Made by a program: the position numbers and the translations under genes
Origin: Campylobacterota bacterium
GTDB taxonomy: Bacteria; Campylobacterota; Campylobacteria; Campylobacterales; Sulfurimonadaceae
DNA: 64,000 nucleotides
Assembly (NCBI GenBank): GCA_034661055.1
Contig: JAYEKO010000015.1
Location: forward strand, 28,194-92,193
Direction: 5' to 3'
The notes under the pieces: generated by a model
What the model was told of the DNA's origin: nothing
Database searches by the model: none
What the model saw: the letters and a program-made list of their open reading frames with translations, nothing else
In this document: positions 17,302-27,145 of the stretch, piece after piece
How the letters are laid out: each line of letters opens with the position of its first letter
Numbering within the stretch: position 1 is the first letter of the stretch

Positions 17302-18279
17302 ATGAAAGCCATCTCACTTTTTAGCGGCGGTTTAGACTCTGCCTTGGCGATTAAACTTGTAGTAAATCAAGGAATAGATGTCATTGCCTGTAATATAAAT
17401 ACCGGATTTGGAGCCACTAAGGATCGCGGTGAACATATGAGAAATATGTGCAAACAAGTAGGTGCTGAGTTTATGGTGATTGATATTCAGAGTGAGTACC
17501 TACAAGAGGTACTTTTTGATCCAAAATATGGTTACGGAAAACATTTTAACCCTTGTATTGACTGTCATGCCAAGATGTTTGAGGTCGCCAAACGTATTAT
17601 GGATGATGTTGGAGCAAGCTTTTTAATTAGTGGTGAAGTTCTTGGTCAACGTCCAATGAGCCAAAATGCAGATGCTTTGGCTAAAGTACTTGACTTAAGC
17701 AGTTGTGATGGGCTACTTATACGTCCACTCTCAGCAAAACTACTAGCACCTACTATTGCCGAAGAGCAAGGTTGGGTTGATAGAGAAAAACTTGAAGGCA
17801 TTAGTGGAAGAAGTCGTGATCGTCAGATGGAACTGGTTAAAGAGTATGAGTTAAAAGATTATGAGAGTCCAGGGGGTGGATGCCTCCTAACAGATGAGAA
17901 CTTTACTAAAAAAATGCATGACTTTGTCGCTTATGAACCATTAGAGGTCCGTGATATTCCCGTACTTAAGTTTGGTCGCCACTTAAGACTTGATGATGGT
18001 GCCAAGCTTGTTGTTGGTCGAAACAAGGATGAAAATGCCTTTATTCAAGATATTGACAACAGCAAGTTTTTACATGTAAAAACTGTTGGTATTCCAGGAC
18101 CCCATGCACTACTCTCAAGCAGTGCCAGTGATGCAGACAAAGCGCTTGCTGCAAAAATAGTTCTAAACTACTGTAAAACATCATCAGGCTCTCAATACAA
18201 CCTTGATTTTGACGGCACACTAGTTGAAGCATCTCCATTTCCAACACGAGAAGAGGCGACTAAATATTCAATTTTATAA
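17302..18279 (+). CDS. PP-loop ATP pyrophosphatase family protein (ThiI/MnmA-like)
   Basis: SLFSGGLDSALA PP-loop (SGGxDS) and PCIDCH cysteine motif. Confidence 0.65.
   Translation: MKAISLFSGGLDSALAIKLVVNQGIDVIACNINTGFGATKDRGEHMRNMCKQVGAEFMVIDIQSEYLQEVLFDPKYGYGKHFNPCIDCHAKMFEVAKRIMDDVGASFLISGEVLGQRPMSQNADALAKVLDLSSCDGLLIRPLSAKLLAPTIAEEQGWVDREKLEGISGRSRDRQMELVKEYELKDYESPGGGCLLTDENFTKKMHDFVAYEPLEVRDIPVLKFGRHLRLDDGAKLVVGRNKDENAFIQDIDNSKFLHVKTVGIPGPHALLSSSASDADKALAAKIVLNYCKTSSGSQYNLDFDGTLVEASPFPTREEATKYSIL
18065..18084. repeat. AGTTTTTACATGTAAAAACT, a 20-bp perfect palindrome and the longest motif copy
   Basis: Read directly; inside the PP-loop CDS, where it encodes KFLHVKT. Confidence 0.95.
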
Positions 18280-18334
18280 ATTTTTCAATTAATAGTGTGT
18301 ATACTGTTTCACAACTAATCACAAAGGGTATTTT

Positions 18335-18739
18335 ATGGCAGGTGTTCACTTTTCTTATGATGATACAAAATCCCTACTTGAACTTAACATAGGTATTGCA
18401 GATAGGCTTGATGATAATAGGTCTGAGAGTTTCACTATTTTATATTGTGACTTTCAAAAACTGAGTGATGACGCAATTTTACAAAGTTTAGAGCGAGTAC
18501 TAAGAGGTTCTGATGCTATTGTAAACAGCGAGAAAGACTACTTCTTTATTCTACCCTACACTGACAAATACGGCTCTACCATCGTTAAAAATATGTTTGA
18601 AGAATTCTTTGATGTTTATATCCCCTCTTCTGAGGTCAGCTATCCGCTAAATGGTGAAACACCCCAAGAGCTACTATTTTCACTCCAAGCAGGCGTACAT
18701 AAACTTCTAAACAGAGACTTGGAGTGTCTTGACCTCTAA
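18335..18739 (+). CDS. Hypothetical protein; possible degenerate GGDEF-like remnant
   Basis: LRGSDAIVNSEKDYFFILPYTD loosely follows R.xD.xxRxGGDEFxxxLPxT, with the GGDEF position reading SEKDY. No other motif recognised. Confidence 0.4.
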   Translation: MAGVHFSYDDTKSLLELNIGIADRLDDNRSESFTILYCDFQKLSDDAILQSLERVLRGSDAIVNSEKDYFFILPYTDKYGSTIVKNMFEEFFDVYIPSSEVSYPLNGETPQELLFSLQAGVHKLLNRDLECLDL

Positions 18740-18743
18740 AAAA

Positions 18744-18764
18744 ACTACTCTTTAAAAGAGTAGT
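18744..18764. terminator. Palindromic hairpin overlapping the 3' end of the convergent SPOR gene
   Basis: ACTACTCTTT (18744-18753), A, AAAGAGTAGT (18755-18764): perfect 10-bp arms. Confidence 0.45.
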
Positions 18765-19245
18765 ACGATGACTTTTTATAGTAAGCCAATGCTTCTTCAA
18801 GCTCAATTTTATGCAAAAGATGTACATCATATATACATAAACAAGGTTTAGGAGAGACGACTTTAGGCAGAAGTTGTAGAGCCTTTTTGCTAGCGTTACT
18901 CAAATCTTCTATTGCAACACCTTTTTTCTCAAGTGTAGCTACTGCTTTTTTGACAGACCCACCTACAATAAAAGCATCACGTGCAATTTTACACCGAATT
19001 TTAGGAAGTGCATTTCTAGCTATTTTTTTACTTTTAAAAGGGCCTAAAAAGACTTTTTTTCTACTATCGGCTTCAATGATGTCATGGTTAAAACCATTCT
19101 GTTTTATCTTGATTAAAAAAGACTTTGCTACACCACTAGACTCTTTAATGCTACTAACTTGCACCCAATAAGGAGATGCAAAAAGTGATAGAGAAGATGT
19201 TAATAAAATTGTGATTACTGTTTTCATGAAAGAAGATATCGGCAA
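18745..19245 (-). CDS. SPOR domain-containing secreted protein
   Basis: Signal peptide. WVQVSSIKESSGVAKSFLIKIKQNGFNHDIIEADSRKKVFLGPFKSKKIARNALPKI fits the SPOR repeat pattern. Confidence 0.6.
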   Translation of the reverse strand: MPISSFMKTVITILLTSSLSLFASPYWVQVSSIKESSGVAKSFLIKIKQNGFNHDIIEADSRKKVFLGPFKSKKIARNALPKIRCKIARDAFIVGGSVKKAVATLEKKGVAIEDLSNASKKALQLLPKVVSPKPCLCIYDVHLLHKIELEEALAYYKKSSYYSFKE

Positions 19246-19259
19246 AGCCTTAAAAAGCT

Positions 19260-19517
19260 TTAAACCGTATTGTAACGATTAATGATTTTTTTAACTCTAT
19301 TTTTGAGTTTACGCAGAGCATCGGTTGAATCTTTTCCGTCTGCTGTTAAATTTTCAAAATAGACACTATCATCAAATTGAACTTTTGCCACCCATCCAAT
19401 GGTAGAGTGGTATTTTACTCCAACAAAACGAACTTGACCAAAGTGCTCTTCACATAACTCTGTAATTCTCATAATACGATCTGAATCAGTTTTTCTAGAT
19501 TTATCTGACATTACCAC
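19260..19517 (-). CDS. Hypothetical small protein
   Basis: 85-aa ORF with no recognisable motif; located between rlmN and the SPOR gene. Confidence 0.45.
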   Translation of the reverse strand: MVMSDKSRKTDSDRIMRITELCEEHFGQVRFVGVKYHSTIGWVAKVQFDDSVYFENLTADGKDSTDALRKLKNRVKKIINRYNTV

Positions 19518-19567
19518 TCCTTATAAAAATATATTTTAGTTATTTTACACTAATTTTGCAAACAGAA

Positions 19568-19669
19568 CTACTCATCACTTTTGTCGTTAACAGCACGAAC
19601 AAATCCAACAACACCAACACCCACCACAACTATTAAAAATATAATCTGAACATACTCTAAAACACCCAT
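19568..19669 (-). CDS. Candidate 33-aa single-TM peptide translationally coupled to rlmN
   Basis: Own translation: [33 protein letters not shown]. Its ATG shares one nt with the rlmN stop (TAATG). Below the track size cut-off. Confidence 0.3.
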   Translation of the reverse strand: MGVLEYVQIIFLIVVVGVGVVGFVRAVNDKSDE

Positions 19670-20736
19670 TACAACTCCTGTTTCTCTTTCTCTTTTAACT
19701 GTCCACATGCCGCACTAATATCAATACCTTTTGAATCACGAATAGTACACAGCAGTCCATGATTAACTAGGTACTCTTGAAACTCAATCATACTTTTTTT
19801 GCTAGGTCGTTCATATGGAGTATCAGGATAGGGATTAAAATAGATTAGGTTCACCTTCGCTTTAATACCGTGTAAAAGTTTGACCAATTTTTTAGCCGAC
19901 TGCTGATCATCATTTTTACCTTTAATGACAAGGTACTCAAACATTACACGTTTTCGGGTATCGATTGGAAAGCGTTTGATTGCCTCAATAATGGAGGCGA
20001 TATTATGTGCTTTATTCATAGGAATTAACTCTGTACGAAGGTCATCATCTACTGCATGAAGAGAGATAGCAATATGAACACCCAAATCCATCTCCCCAAG
20101 CTTATCTATCTTACTACTAAGTCCACTCGTTGAGACCGTTTGACGTTTTGGTGAGATAGCAAAACCGTCATCATCAGCAAATATTTTAATGGCTTTGGCA
20201 AGATTGTCCAGATTATCTAGTGGTTCACCCATTCCCATATAGACAATATTTAAGCGTCTGTTAGCTGCTATGTTATTATCTTTTTTAAGCTCTAAAACTT
20301 GTGCTACTATCTCACCTGAAGTTAGGTCACGGGTAAATCCACCTTTAGCAGTAAGACAGAAAGCACATCCTACTTTACAGCCCACTTGCGTGGAGACACA
20401 GACCGTATATTTCGCATGATGTAGCAGATTTCCCTCACTATCGAGTTCGTCTTCTTTCATCCTAAGAAGAACACTCTCTACAGTTTTTCCATCAGGAAGC
20501 TCAAATAGGTACTTAATAGTACCGTCACTTGACTCCTCTTTTTTTAAGATACTCAGTGGTGTAATGTTATATTTTACATGTAAATCTTCACGCATCACTT
20601 TTGGAAGATTTTTCATCTCTTCAAAACTGTTGGCATATTGCGCGTAGAGCCATCCGAAGATCTGTTTGGCACGAAAAGAGGGTTTAATAGCTTGAGCAAG
20701 TTCCTCTTTGGTATAGTCTAAAATAGTTGGCTTCAT
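19669..20736 (-). CDS. rlmN: 23S rRNA/tRNA (adenine-C2)-methyltransferase, radical SAM
   Basis: [16 protein letters not shown] radical-SAM motif, MGMGEPLDN, and the C-terminal ACGQL Cys. Confidence 0.9.
   Translation of the reverse strand: MKPTILDYTKEELAQAIKPSFRAKQIFGWLYAQYANSFEEMKNLPKVMREDLHVKYNITPLSILKKEESSDGTIKYLFELPDGKTVESVLLRMKEDELDSEGNLLHHAKYTVCVSTQVGCKVGCAFCLTAKGGFTRDLTSGEIVAQVLELKKDNNIAANRRLNIVYMGMGEPLDNLDNLAKAIKIFADDDGFAISPKRQTVSTSGLSSKIDKLGEMDLGVHIAISLHAVDDDLRTELIPMNKAHNIASIIEAIKRFPIDTRKRVMFEYLVIKGKNDDQQSAKKLVKLLHGIKAKVNLIYFNPYPDTPYERPSKKSMIEFQEYLVNHGLLCTIRDSKGIDISAACGQLKEKEKQEL
20573..20584. repeat. TTTACATGTAAA motif copy (12 bp)
   Basis: Read directly; inside rlmN, where it encodes DLHVKY. 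Confidence 0.9.
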
Positions 20737-21272
20737 GAAGTTAGCTCTCTGATTCTCTGATTTACATGTAGTGTCAGTTTTGCTTTGGCCGCTTCATGAT
20801 TTTTTAAAAAGTCAGCATGGGCACTATTATTACAAAAATTTGTTACGCAAAAGACTCCGCCAGCTGGAATATTAAACTCCTGTGCAACTCTAAGCACCGA
20901 AAAGAATTCCATGTTTTCTAGACCAATTCCCAAAGGCAGAAATTTCTGTACCAAATCAAAGTCCGTAGAGATATAGTTTGATGAGTTAATGACAATATCT
21001 TTTATATTTTTTGTTTGCGTTGAGACAACGTTATCTAAAGGCGTGTAGCCTATATTTTGTAAAAACGATAACTCAATGTTAGATGCTGTTTTAGATTCGA
21101 CAATATCTAAAATTTGATGTTCACCGTAGCTTCCCGCACTTCCCACAAACAGCAGAAATTCCGGTTTATCAAAAAGACAGAGTCTTGTTAAGTTAATAGC
21201 TGTTTCAACAAGCCCTACACCAGTAGGTGTCGCAAAATCAAAGGTTTCACTATTTCCTGCACAGATAATCAT
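20733..21272 (-). CDS. Nucleoside phosphorylase-family (PNP_UDP_1-like) protein
   Basis: [11 protein letters not shown]...FVGSAGSYG and ENMEFFS resemble MTA/SAH-nucleosidase or futalosine-hydrolase-type folds. It is short (179 aa). Confidence 0.45.
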   Translation of the reverse strand: MIICAGNSETFDFATPTGVGLVETAINLTRLCLFDKPEFLLFVGSAGSYGEHQILDIVESKTASNIELSFLQNIGYTPLDNVVSTQTKNIKDIVINSSNYISTDFDLVQKFLPLGIGLENMEFFSVLRVAQEFNIPAGGVFCVTNFCNNSAHADFLKNHEAAKAKLTLHVNQRIRELTS

Positions 21273-22027
21273 AAGCGTACCGCAATATTATTATCATGTA
21301 GATAGTGTTTTAAATCCATGATATCGATCTCTTTGTAATGAAATATAGAAGCAGCAAGTGCGGCATCAGCACCATATTCAAATGCCTCTTTAATATGCTC
21401 CATTGTCCCTGCCCCACCACTGGCAATAATAGGGATGTTAAGTAGTTCACTTAGCTCTTGTGTAATAGGAATGTCAAAGCCTTCCTTAGTGCCATCTGCA
21501 TCCATAGAAGTTAAAAGAATCTCTCCTGCTCCACGGTCTGCTACCTCCTTAGCCCATGCTACCGCATCAATGCCAGTATCGACACGACCGCCATTGAGAT
21601 AGACATTATATCGACCATTAGTCTGCTTAACATCAATAGCTACTACAATACATTGCGATCCAAAACGTTTAGCTCCCTCATTAATAAGCTCAGGACGTTT
21701 AATTGCTGCGGAGTTAACGCTGACCTTGTCGCAACCTACATGTAAAAGTGCATAAATATCTTCTAGTTTCCTAATTCCTCCACCGACAGTCAATGGAATA
21801 AAAACCTCTTTAGCCACTTTCTCAACAATGTCTACAATAGTGTCGCGACCTTCATGTGAAGCTCCAATGTCTAAAAAAGTAATCTCATCAGCACCCTCTT
21901 CATTATAACGCTTAGCTACCTCAACAGGATCACCTGCATCACGCAAACCTACAAAGTTAACACCTTTAACAACACGTCCATCTTTAACATCAAGACAGGG
22001 AATAATTCTTTTGGCAAAATAGTCCAT
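21269..22027 (-). CDS. hisF: Imidazole glycerol phosphate synthase cyclase subunit
   Basis: [16 protein letters not shown]...LDIGAS...ASGGAG; canonical HisF. Confidence 0.95.
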   Translation of the reverse strand: MDYFAKRIIPCLDVKDGRVVKGVNFVGLRDAGDPVEVAKRYNEEGADEITFLDIGASHEGRDTIVDIVEKVAKEVFIPLTVGGGIRKLEDIYALLHVGCDKVSVNSAAIKRPELINEGAKRFGSQCIVVAIDVKQTNGRYNVYLNGGRVDTGIDAVAWAKEVADRGAGEILLTSMDADGTKEGFDIPITQELSELLNIPIIASGGAGTMEHIKEAFEYGADAALAASIFHYKEIDIMDLKHYLHDNNIAVRL

Positions 22028-22124
22028 ATAATATCTCTTGTTCTTTTATTACCGCAAGTATAAAGAAAAATCACTTAACAACAGTGTATAATTCATTTTT
22101 ACATGTAATTTACAGGAAGTATTT

Positions 22125-22571
22125 ATGCAAGATGAGATGGTATCGGTCTTTATTGACCACATGAACAGCCCAAGAAACTATGGAAAATTAGAGAGCTATG
22201 ACGGTTGCGGTATTGGCAAGAACCCACAAAATGGCGAGAGTGTAATTGTCTATTTTAAACTAAAAGATGCACTAATTAATGAGATTGCCTATCAAGTAAA
22301 GGCTTGTAGTACTACCGTTGTCAGCGGCTCTATTTTTACCGACACAGTTAAGGGTGTAAGCCTACTAGAAGCACAAACGCTTACTAACATTATGTTAGAA
22401 TCTCTAGAGAGTGTTCCAGAGGAAGAGGCAGCCTGTTCTGAAATTGTTGCTGCTGCATTTTTAGCAGCACTGGAGCATTACGAAAACTTAAAAATAGACA
22501 AAGATGCTCTTATGGTCACTAAACTAACAGCAAAAGAGTGCAATCCGGAGATAGCAGATGAATCAAAATAA
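22125..22571 (+). CDS. IscU/NifU N-terminal-like domain protein (two of three ligand Cys retained)
   Basis: HMNSPRNYGKL...KACSTTVVSGS...AACSEIVAAAF. The first Cys position reads GKNPQNGES instead. Confidence 0.55.
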   Translation: MQDEMVSVFIDHMNSPRNYGKLESYDGCGIGKNPQNGESVIVYFKLKDALINEIAYQVKACSTTVVSGSIFTDTVKGVSLLEAQTLTNIMLESLESVPEEEAACSEIVAAAFLAALEHYENLKIDKDALMVTKLTAKECNPEIADESK

Positions 22572-23388
22572 CTTCACCTTACTACATGCCACATGGCTTA
22601 CCACACTTTTTAGCTCATTTGCTCTACCTCAAGGTGAACTAAAAGGGCAACTTTATGACTTTTCAGAAATTATCTATCGACATCTGCGCTGGGTAGAAAA
22701 TGCTCTATTAAAACAAGACGTTATTATAAGTTACGAACGTCCCAACCTAAACTTTAAATATAATAATATTGGCAATATGATTTCTACATGTAAAATTATG
22801 CTTGAAGGACTATTAGAACAGTATGAAGGTGATGATGAGCTTTCAAAACGTATTTCTGCAGATTTACAATACATAATTTTTGTACTCAGCACCAATTTAA
22901 CCGACGAAACACCACTTAAAGCATTCAATCGTGAGCTAAAACTAAGTGACGAAACAGAACTTACTCCTGAAACTATAATGACTTTAGTGACGTTTTTATT
23001 TGATGAGTCCTATAAGGAGTATGAACTTATTGTTATCTACTCTTATGCACAAACACGGATTGACAATCAGCGAATTCATGAAATTTTTCAAATTTTAATT
23101 GATGAATCAAAATTTCATCTCAAATCTTTTGCACAGATTATGACAGATTTAGGAATTTTAACCATTCCTCGTTTTATAACCTCAGAAATTTATGCCTTTG
23201 ACTCTTTAGAGAAATTTCTTCTCGATGGTATTGACGAAGAAGAAGCTGCAAAAGAAGAGTGTCGCGCTATTGCGCAGAGTATTAATCATAAACCATTGCG
23301 TAACTTTTTCAACTTTATTAACACTCAAGAGAGTTACCATATCGCTTTAATGGAAGAAGCATTAGAAATTTTTAGAAACTTAAAATAA
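22558..23388 (+). CDS. Ferritin-like / rubrerythrin-like di-iron carboxylate domain protein
   Basis: The C-terminal half carries DESYKEYE ... DESKFH ... EEEAAKEE ... QESYH, an E...ExxH x2 pattern. Overlaps the IscU-like gene by 14 nt. Confidence 0.45.
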   Translation: MNQNNFTLLHATWLTTLFSSFALPQGELKGQLYDFSEIIYRHLRWVENALLKQDVIISYERPNLNFKYNNIGNMISTCKIMLEGLLEQYEGDDELSKRISADLQYIIFVLSTNLTDETPLKAFNRELKLSDETELTPETIMTLVTFLFDESYKEYELIVIYSYAQTRIDNQRIHEIFQILIDESKFHLKSFAQIMTDLGILTIPRFITSEIYAFDSLEKFLLDGIDEEEAAKEECRAIAQSINHKPLRNFFNFINTQESYHIALMEEALEIFRNLK

Positions 23389-23451
23389 GTTTTTCTAATG
23401 CTAGACTGTCGTCAAATCTTGCTTTAAGCACATTTTGTGTAAAATCTTCGA

Positions 23452-24222
23452 ATGCAAAATTCTCATAAAGCCAAAAAACAGTTTGGTCAAAACTTTTTAA
23501 AAGATGAGTCTGTATTGCATCAAATCATCCAATCGATGCCCAATACTGAGCACACCGTTGCCGAAATTGGACCTGGATTAGGTGATTTAACTAAATATTT
23601 AGTTGATGTCAAAAGTGTTACTGCTTTTGAGGTTGATAAGGACCTTTGCAAGCACCTAAATGATAAATTTGACAAAGAGATCGCAACCAAGCGCCTTCAC
23701 ATTCGTTGTGGAGATGTATTAGAAGCTTGGCAGAGTGAGCTTTTAGATGAACCCTATGACCTGGTAGCAAACCTACCTTATTATATTGGGACCACAATCA
23801 TCTTAAAAGCACTCGCAGATCCAATGTGTAAAAATTTGCTTGTAATGGTTCAAAAAGAGGTGGCGCAGAAATTTGCGGCACAGCCTAGAGAGAAAGTATT
23901 TGGCTCCTTAGGAGTCATTGCGCAGAGTGTTGGAAAGGCTTCAATTGCTATTGAAGTTCCGCCCACTGCCTTTGACCCTATGCCCAAGGTTGATTCTGCA
24001 GTCTTACTGATTCAAAAAGTAAAAGACCGCAGTGATGCAGAGTTTGAGAAAATGTTAAGATTTGCATTTACTCAACCACGAAAAACCTTAATGAAAAACT
24101 TAAGTTCTCACTACGACAAGGCAACGGTTCAAGCAGCATTTAAGACGCTTGAACTCTCTTTGACCATTCGACCTCATCAAGTAACAACAGCTGACTATCA
24201 CCAACTCTATACAATAATATAA
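23452..24222 (+). CDS. rsmA: 16S rRNA (adenine1518/1519-N6)-dimethyltransferase
   Basis: KKQFGQNFL, EIGPGLGDLT and NLPYYI motifs. Confidence 0.9.
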   Translation: MQNSHKAKKQFGQNFLKDESVLHQIIQSMPNTEHTVAEIGPGLGDLTKYLVDVKSVTAFEVDKDLCKHLNDKFDKEIATKRLHIRCGDVLEAWQSELLDEPYDLVANLPYYIGTTIILKALADPMCKNLLVMVQKEVAQKFAAQPREKVFGSLGVIAQSVGKASIAIEVPPTAFDPMPKVDSAVLLIQKVKDRSDAEFEKMLRFAFTQPRKTLMKNLSSHYDKATVQAAFKTLELSLTIRPHQVTTADYHQLYTII

Positions 24223-24247
24223 ATATTTGATATAACTAGGAGTTTGG

Positions 24248-26170
24248 ATGAACCAAGAAGAAAATAAGAGTGCACAACAACCTGTAGCTCGAACAAGCGA
24301 GCCTCTAAAAGGGCCCAATAAAAATCAACAAAACAGCAATCGATCTCGAAACCCACAAAACCGTAACAGACAAGGCGGTAAACAAGGTGGCAATAAAAAC
24401 CGTCGTCGAAATGCTCCAGCACCGGTAGATAAAACACTAAAAGAGTTTGTTACTAAAAACCAAGAGATTCACAAAAATCGCCTTAATCCGCATTTTAAAC
24501 TAGACCTAAATTCCAATGCAAAAATTCGCATCACCCCTCTTGGTGGCCTAGGCGAAATTGGTGGTAATATAACTGTTTTTGAGACAGAAAAAGAGGCAAT
24601 CTTGGTTGATGTAGGAATGAGTTTTCCTAATGAGGAGATGCATGGTGTTGATATTTTAGTGCCTGACTTTACCTATGTACGTGAGATTCGCAAAAAGATT
24701 GTCGCTGTAATTATTACTCATGCTCATGAAGACCATATTGGTGCAATGCCGTATCTTTACAAAGAGATGCAGTTTCCAATTTACGCTACTCCGCTTCCAC
24801 TTGCAATGATTGGAAATAAATTTGATGAGCACCATCTTAAAGAGCATAGACGCTATTTCAACCCTATTGAAAAACGTAAAGTCTATAAAATTGGTGATGA
24901 TTTTGAGATTGAGTGGATGCATATGACACACTCTATCCTTGATTCTTCATCATTAGCAATTACCACTGCTGCAGGTACGATAATTCATACCGGTGACTTT
25001 AAGATTGATCACACTCCAGTAGATGGTTACACCGCAGACCTGCACCGATTTGCCGCTTACGGTGAAAAAGGTGTTTTGTGTATGCTTTCAGATTCAACTA
25101 ACTCGTATAACAAAGAGATAACACCTAGTGAGCTAACTGTTGCTCCAGCACTTGATCGCATGTTCACTAAAGCAGAAGGTCGTGTTATCTTATCTACATT
25201 TAGCTCCAATGTACACCGCGTTTATCAAGCAATTCAATATGGAATCAAACACAAAAGAAAAGTCTGTGTTATTGGACGTTCAATGGAGCGAAACCTAGAA
25301 GTAACTATGCAGTATGACTACATTAGGCTACCAAAAAACATCTTTGTTGATGCCGATGAAGTGAGCCGTATGAATGATAAAGATGTGCTTATTGTCACAA
25401 CTGGTTCTCAAGGTGAGCCTAACTCAGCGCTCTTTAGAATGTCTATTGGGGAGCACCGTCATATCAAGATTAAACCAACAGACTTAATCGTCCTCTCTTC
25501 TCGTGCTATCCCAGGCAATGAGGGTTCAATTTCTGGAATGCTTAATCACCTTCAGCGTGCTGGTGCAAAAGTTGCAAGTGAACGTGATTTACATGTATCT
25601 GGGCATGCAGGTATTGAAGAGCAGAAGCTACTGCTACGTCTCTCTAATCCTAAGTTCTTTTTACCGGTTCATGGTGAATACAATCATATCATGAAGCATA
25701 AAGAGACAGGAATGGCGTGTGGTATTCCTGAACGTAATATTTTACTTATGACAGATGGCGACTGTATTGAAGTAGGTCCAAAGTTTATGCGCAAAGCCAA
25801 AAGCGTTAAGACAGGTAAGACCTATATTGATAATCAAAATAACCATCAGATAGAAGATGACATTGTCATTGATCGTCAGAAGATGGCTAATGATGGTATT
25901 GTAATGATTGTTGCACAGGTAAGTGCTACGGATTCTCATATTATCTCAAAACCTCGTGTTACCTCATTTGGTTTGGTTGCTGATAAACAAGATAAAGCTT
26001 TTGCAAAAGAGATGGAAGATATTCTTGAACAATTTATGGTAAACCTAAAAGCAGGTCATATTGAAAACCCTAAAGCGATGGAAAATGATCTACGTCAGGT
26101 GGTTCGTAAACATATCTATAGAAAAATGAAGAAGTATCCTCTCATTGTTCCTAATGTTTTTATAATGTAA
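24248..26170 (+). CDS. rnj: Ribonuclease J with a basic low-complexity N-terminal extension
   Basis: ITPLGGLGEIGGN, THAHEDHIGA (MBL HxHxDH), beta-CASP and VSGHAG motifs. Confidence 0.9.
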   Translation: MNQEENKSAQQPVARTSEPLKGPNKNQQNSNRSRNPQNRNRQGGKQGGNKNRRRNAPAPVDKTLKEFVTKNQEIHKNRLNPHFKLDLNSNAKIRITPLGGLGEIGGNITVFETEKEAILVDVGMSFPNEEMHGVDILVPDFTYVREIRKKIVAVIITHAHEDHIGAMPYLYKEMQFPIYATPLPLAMIGNKFDEHHLKEHRRYFNPIEKRKVYKIGDDFEIEWMHMTHSILDSSSLAITTAAGTIIHTGDFKIDHTPVDGYTADLHRFAAYGEKGVLCMLSDSTNSYNKEITPSELTVAPALDRMFTKAEGRVILSTFSSNVHRVYQAIQYGIKHKRKVCVIGRSMERNLEVTMQYDYIRLPKNIFVDADEVSRMNDKDVLIVTTGSQGEPNSALFRMSIGEHRHIKIKPTDLIVLSSRAIPGNEGSISGMLNHLQRAGAKVASERDLHVSGHAGIEEQKLLLRLSNPKFFLPVHGEYNHIMKHKETGMACGIPERNILLMTDGDCIEVGPKFMRKAKSVKTGKTYIDNQNNHQIEDDIVIDRQKMANDGIVMIVAQVSATDSHIISKPRVTSFGLVADKQDKAFAKEMEDILEQFMVNLKAGHIENPKAMENDLRQVVRKHIYRKMKKYPLIVPNVFIM

Positions 26171-26207
26171 TGCTATAATGAGCTTATTTCAAATATAGGA
26201 TGGGCTC

Positions 26208-27110
26208 ATGCTAGACAATTCTCACTTTAGAGTTCTAATTGTTGATGATGAACGCTTTAATATTGATGTCGTTGTTGGATTTTTAGAGTCTGAGTCTTAT
26301 AGGCTATCTTTTGTTACCAATGGCCAAGATGCTTTAAATGCTGCCTTTTCTAACCCATTCGATCTGATTTTACTCGATATTAATATGCCTGGAATGAATG
26401 GGTTTGAAGTCTGTGAACGTCTTAAGCAAGACAGTGCCACCAAAGAGATACCCATAATTTTTTTAAGTGCTCTTAATGATATTGAGACTATTACCCGCGC
26501 ATTCTCAAATGGAGCTGCTGATTACATATCAAAACCTTTTAACGGCTTAGAGTTAATTGCGCGCGTCAAAATACAGATTAATTTGCGACGATATATACTT
26601 GAACTCATCGATAAGCAGACACGTTTAGCACAGCTAGCTGCCACTGATACACTTACTGGTCTTCCTAATCGACTACGCTTTTTATCAATGCTAAATAAAA
26701 TAATAGATGAGGATCCTAGCAATCTCTGCATGGCATATGTTAAAATAGATCATCTGCATCGATTAAATACTATGTATGGCTACAAGACGTGCGATAAACT
26801 CATAGCCAAAATAGCTAAAATTATACGTGGTAATACACGCAATAGTGATACTGTTGCACGTATATTTGGTTCTGAGTTTGTAATTTTACTACCAAAAACC
26901 TCACTTCAAATGACCGTAGAACTTATTAAGTCTCTGCAAGACATTTTAAGAAAATCAAAAATTATAGATACTCAAGTCAGCTTCTCTATTGGTCTGGCAC
27001 AATATCAAGAGAATGAGTCCAGCGAGGCATTCATCTTGCGTACAGAAAAGATCATGGAAGAGGCAATCGAACTTGGTGGTGATATGATCACAAATAAGTT
27101 ATCTTCTTAA
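26208..27110 (+). CDS. Response regulator receiver fused to a degenerate GGDEF domain (FGSEF)
   Basis: REC: VLIVDDE...LILLDINMPGMNG...SKP. GGDEF domain: DTLTGLPNR ... ARIFGSEFVILLP, where canonical GGDEF reads FGSEF. Confidence 0.8.
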   Translation: MLDNSHFRVLIVDDERFNIDVVVGFLESESYRLSFVTNGQDALNAAFSNPFDLILLDINMPGMNGFEVCERLKQDSATKEIPIIFLSALNDIETITRAFSNGAADYISKPFNGLELIARVKIQINLRRYILELIDKQTRLAQLAATDTLTGLPNRLRFLSMLNKIIDEDPSNLCMAYVKIDHLHRLNTMYGYKTCDKLIAKIAKIIRGNTRNSDTVARIFGSEFVILLPKTSLQMTVELIKSLQDILRKSKIIDTQVSFSIGLAQYQENESSEAFILRTEKIMEEAIELGGDMITNKLSS

Positions 27111-27145
27111 AATTTAGATATACTAAGCAATAAAAAGGAGCTTAT

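Noticed and set aside
24248-24430. Odd basic N/Q/R/G-rich N-terminal extension of RNase J
   Set aside because: N-terminal extensions on RNase J are, as far as I recall, normal in Helicobacter/Campylobacter-type enzymes, so this is not treated as novel.
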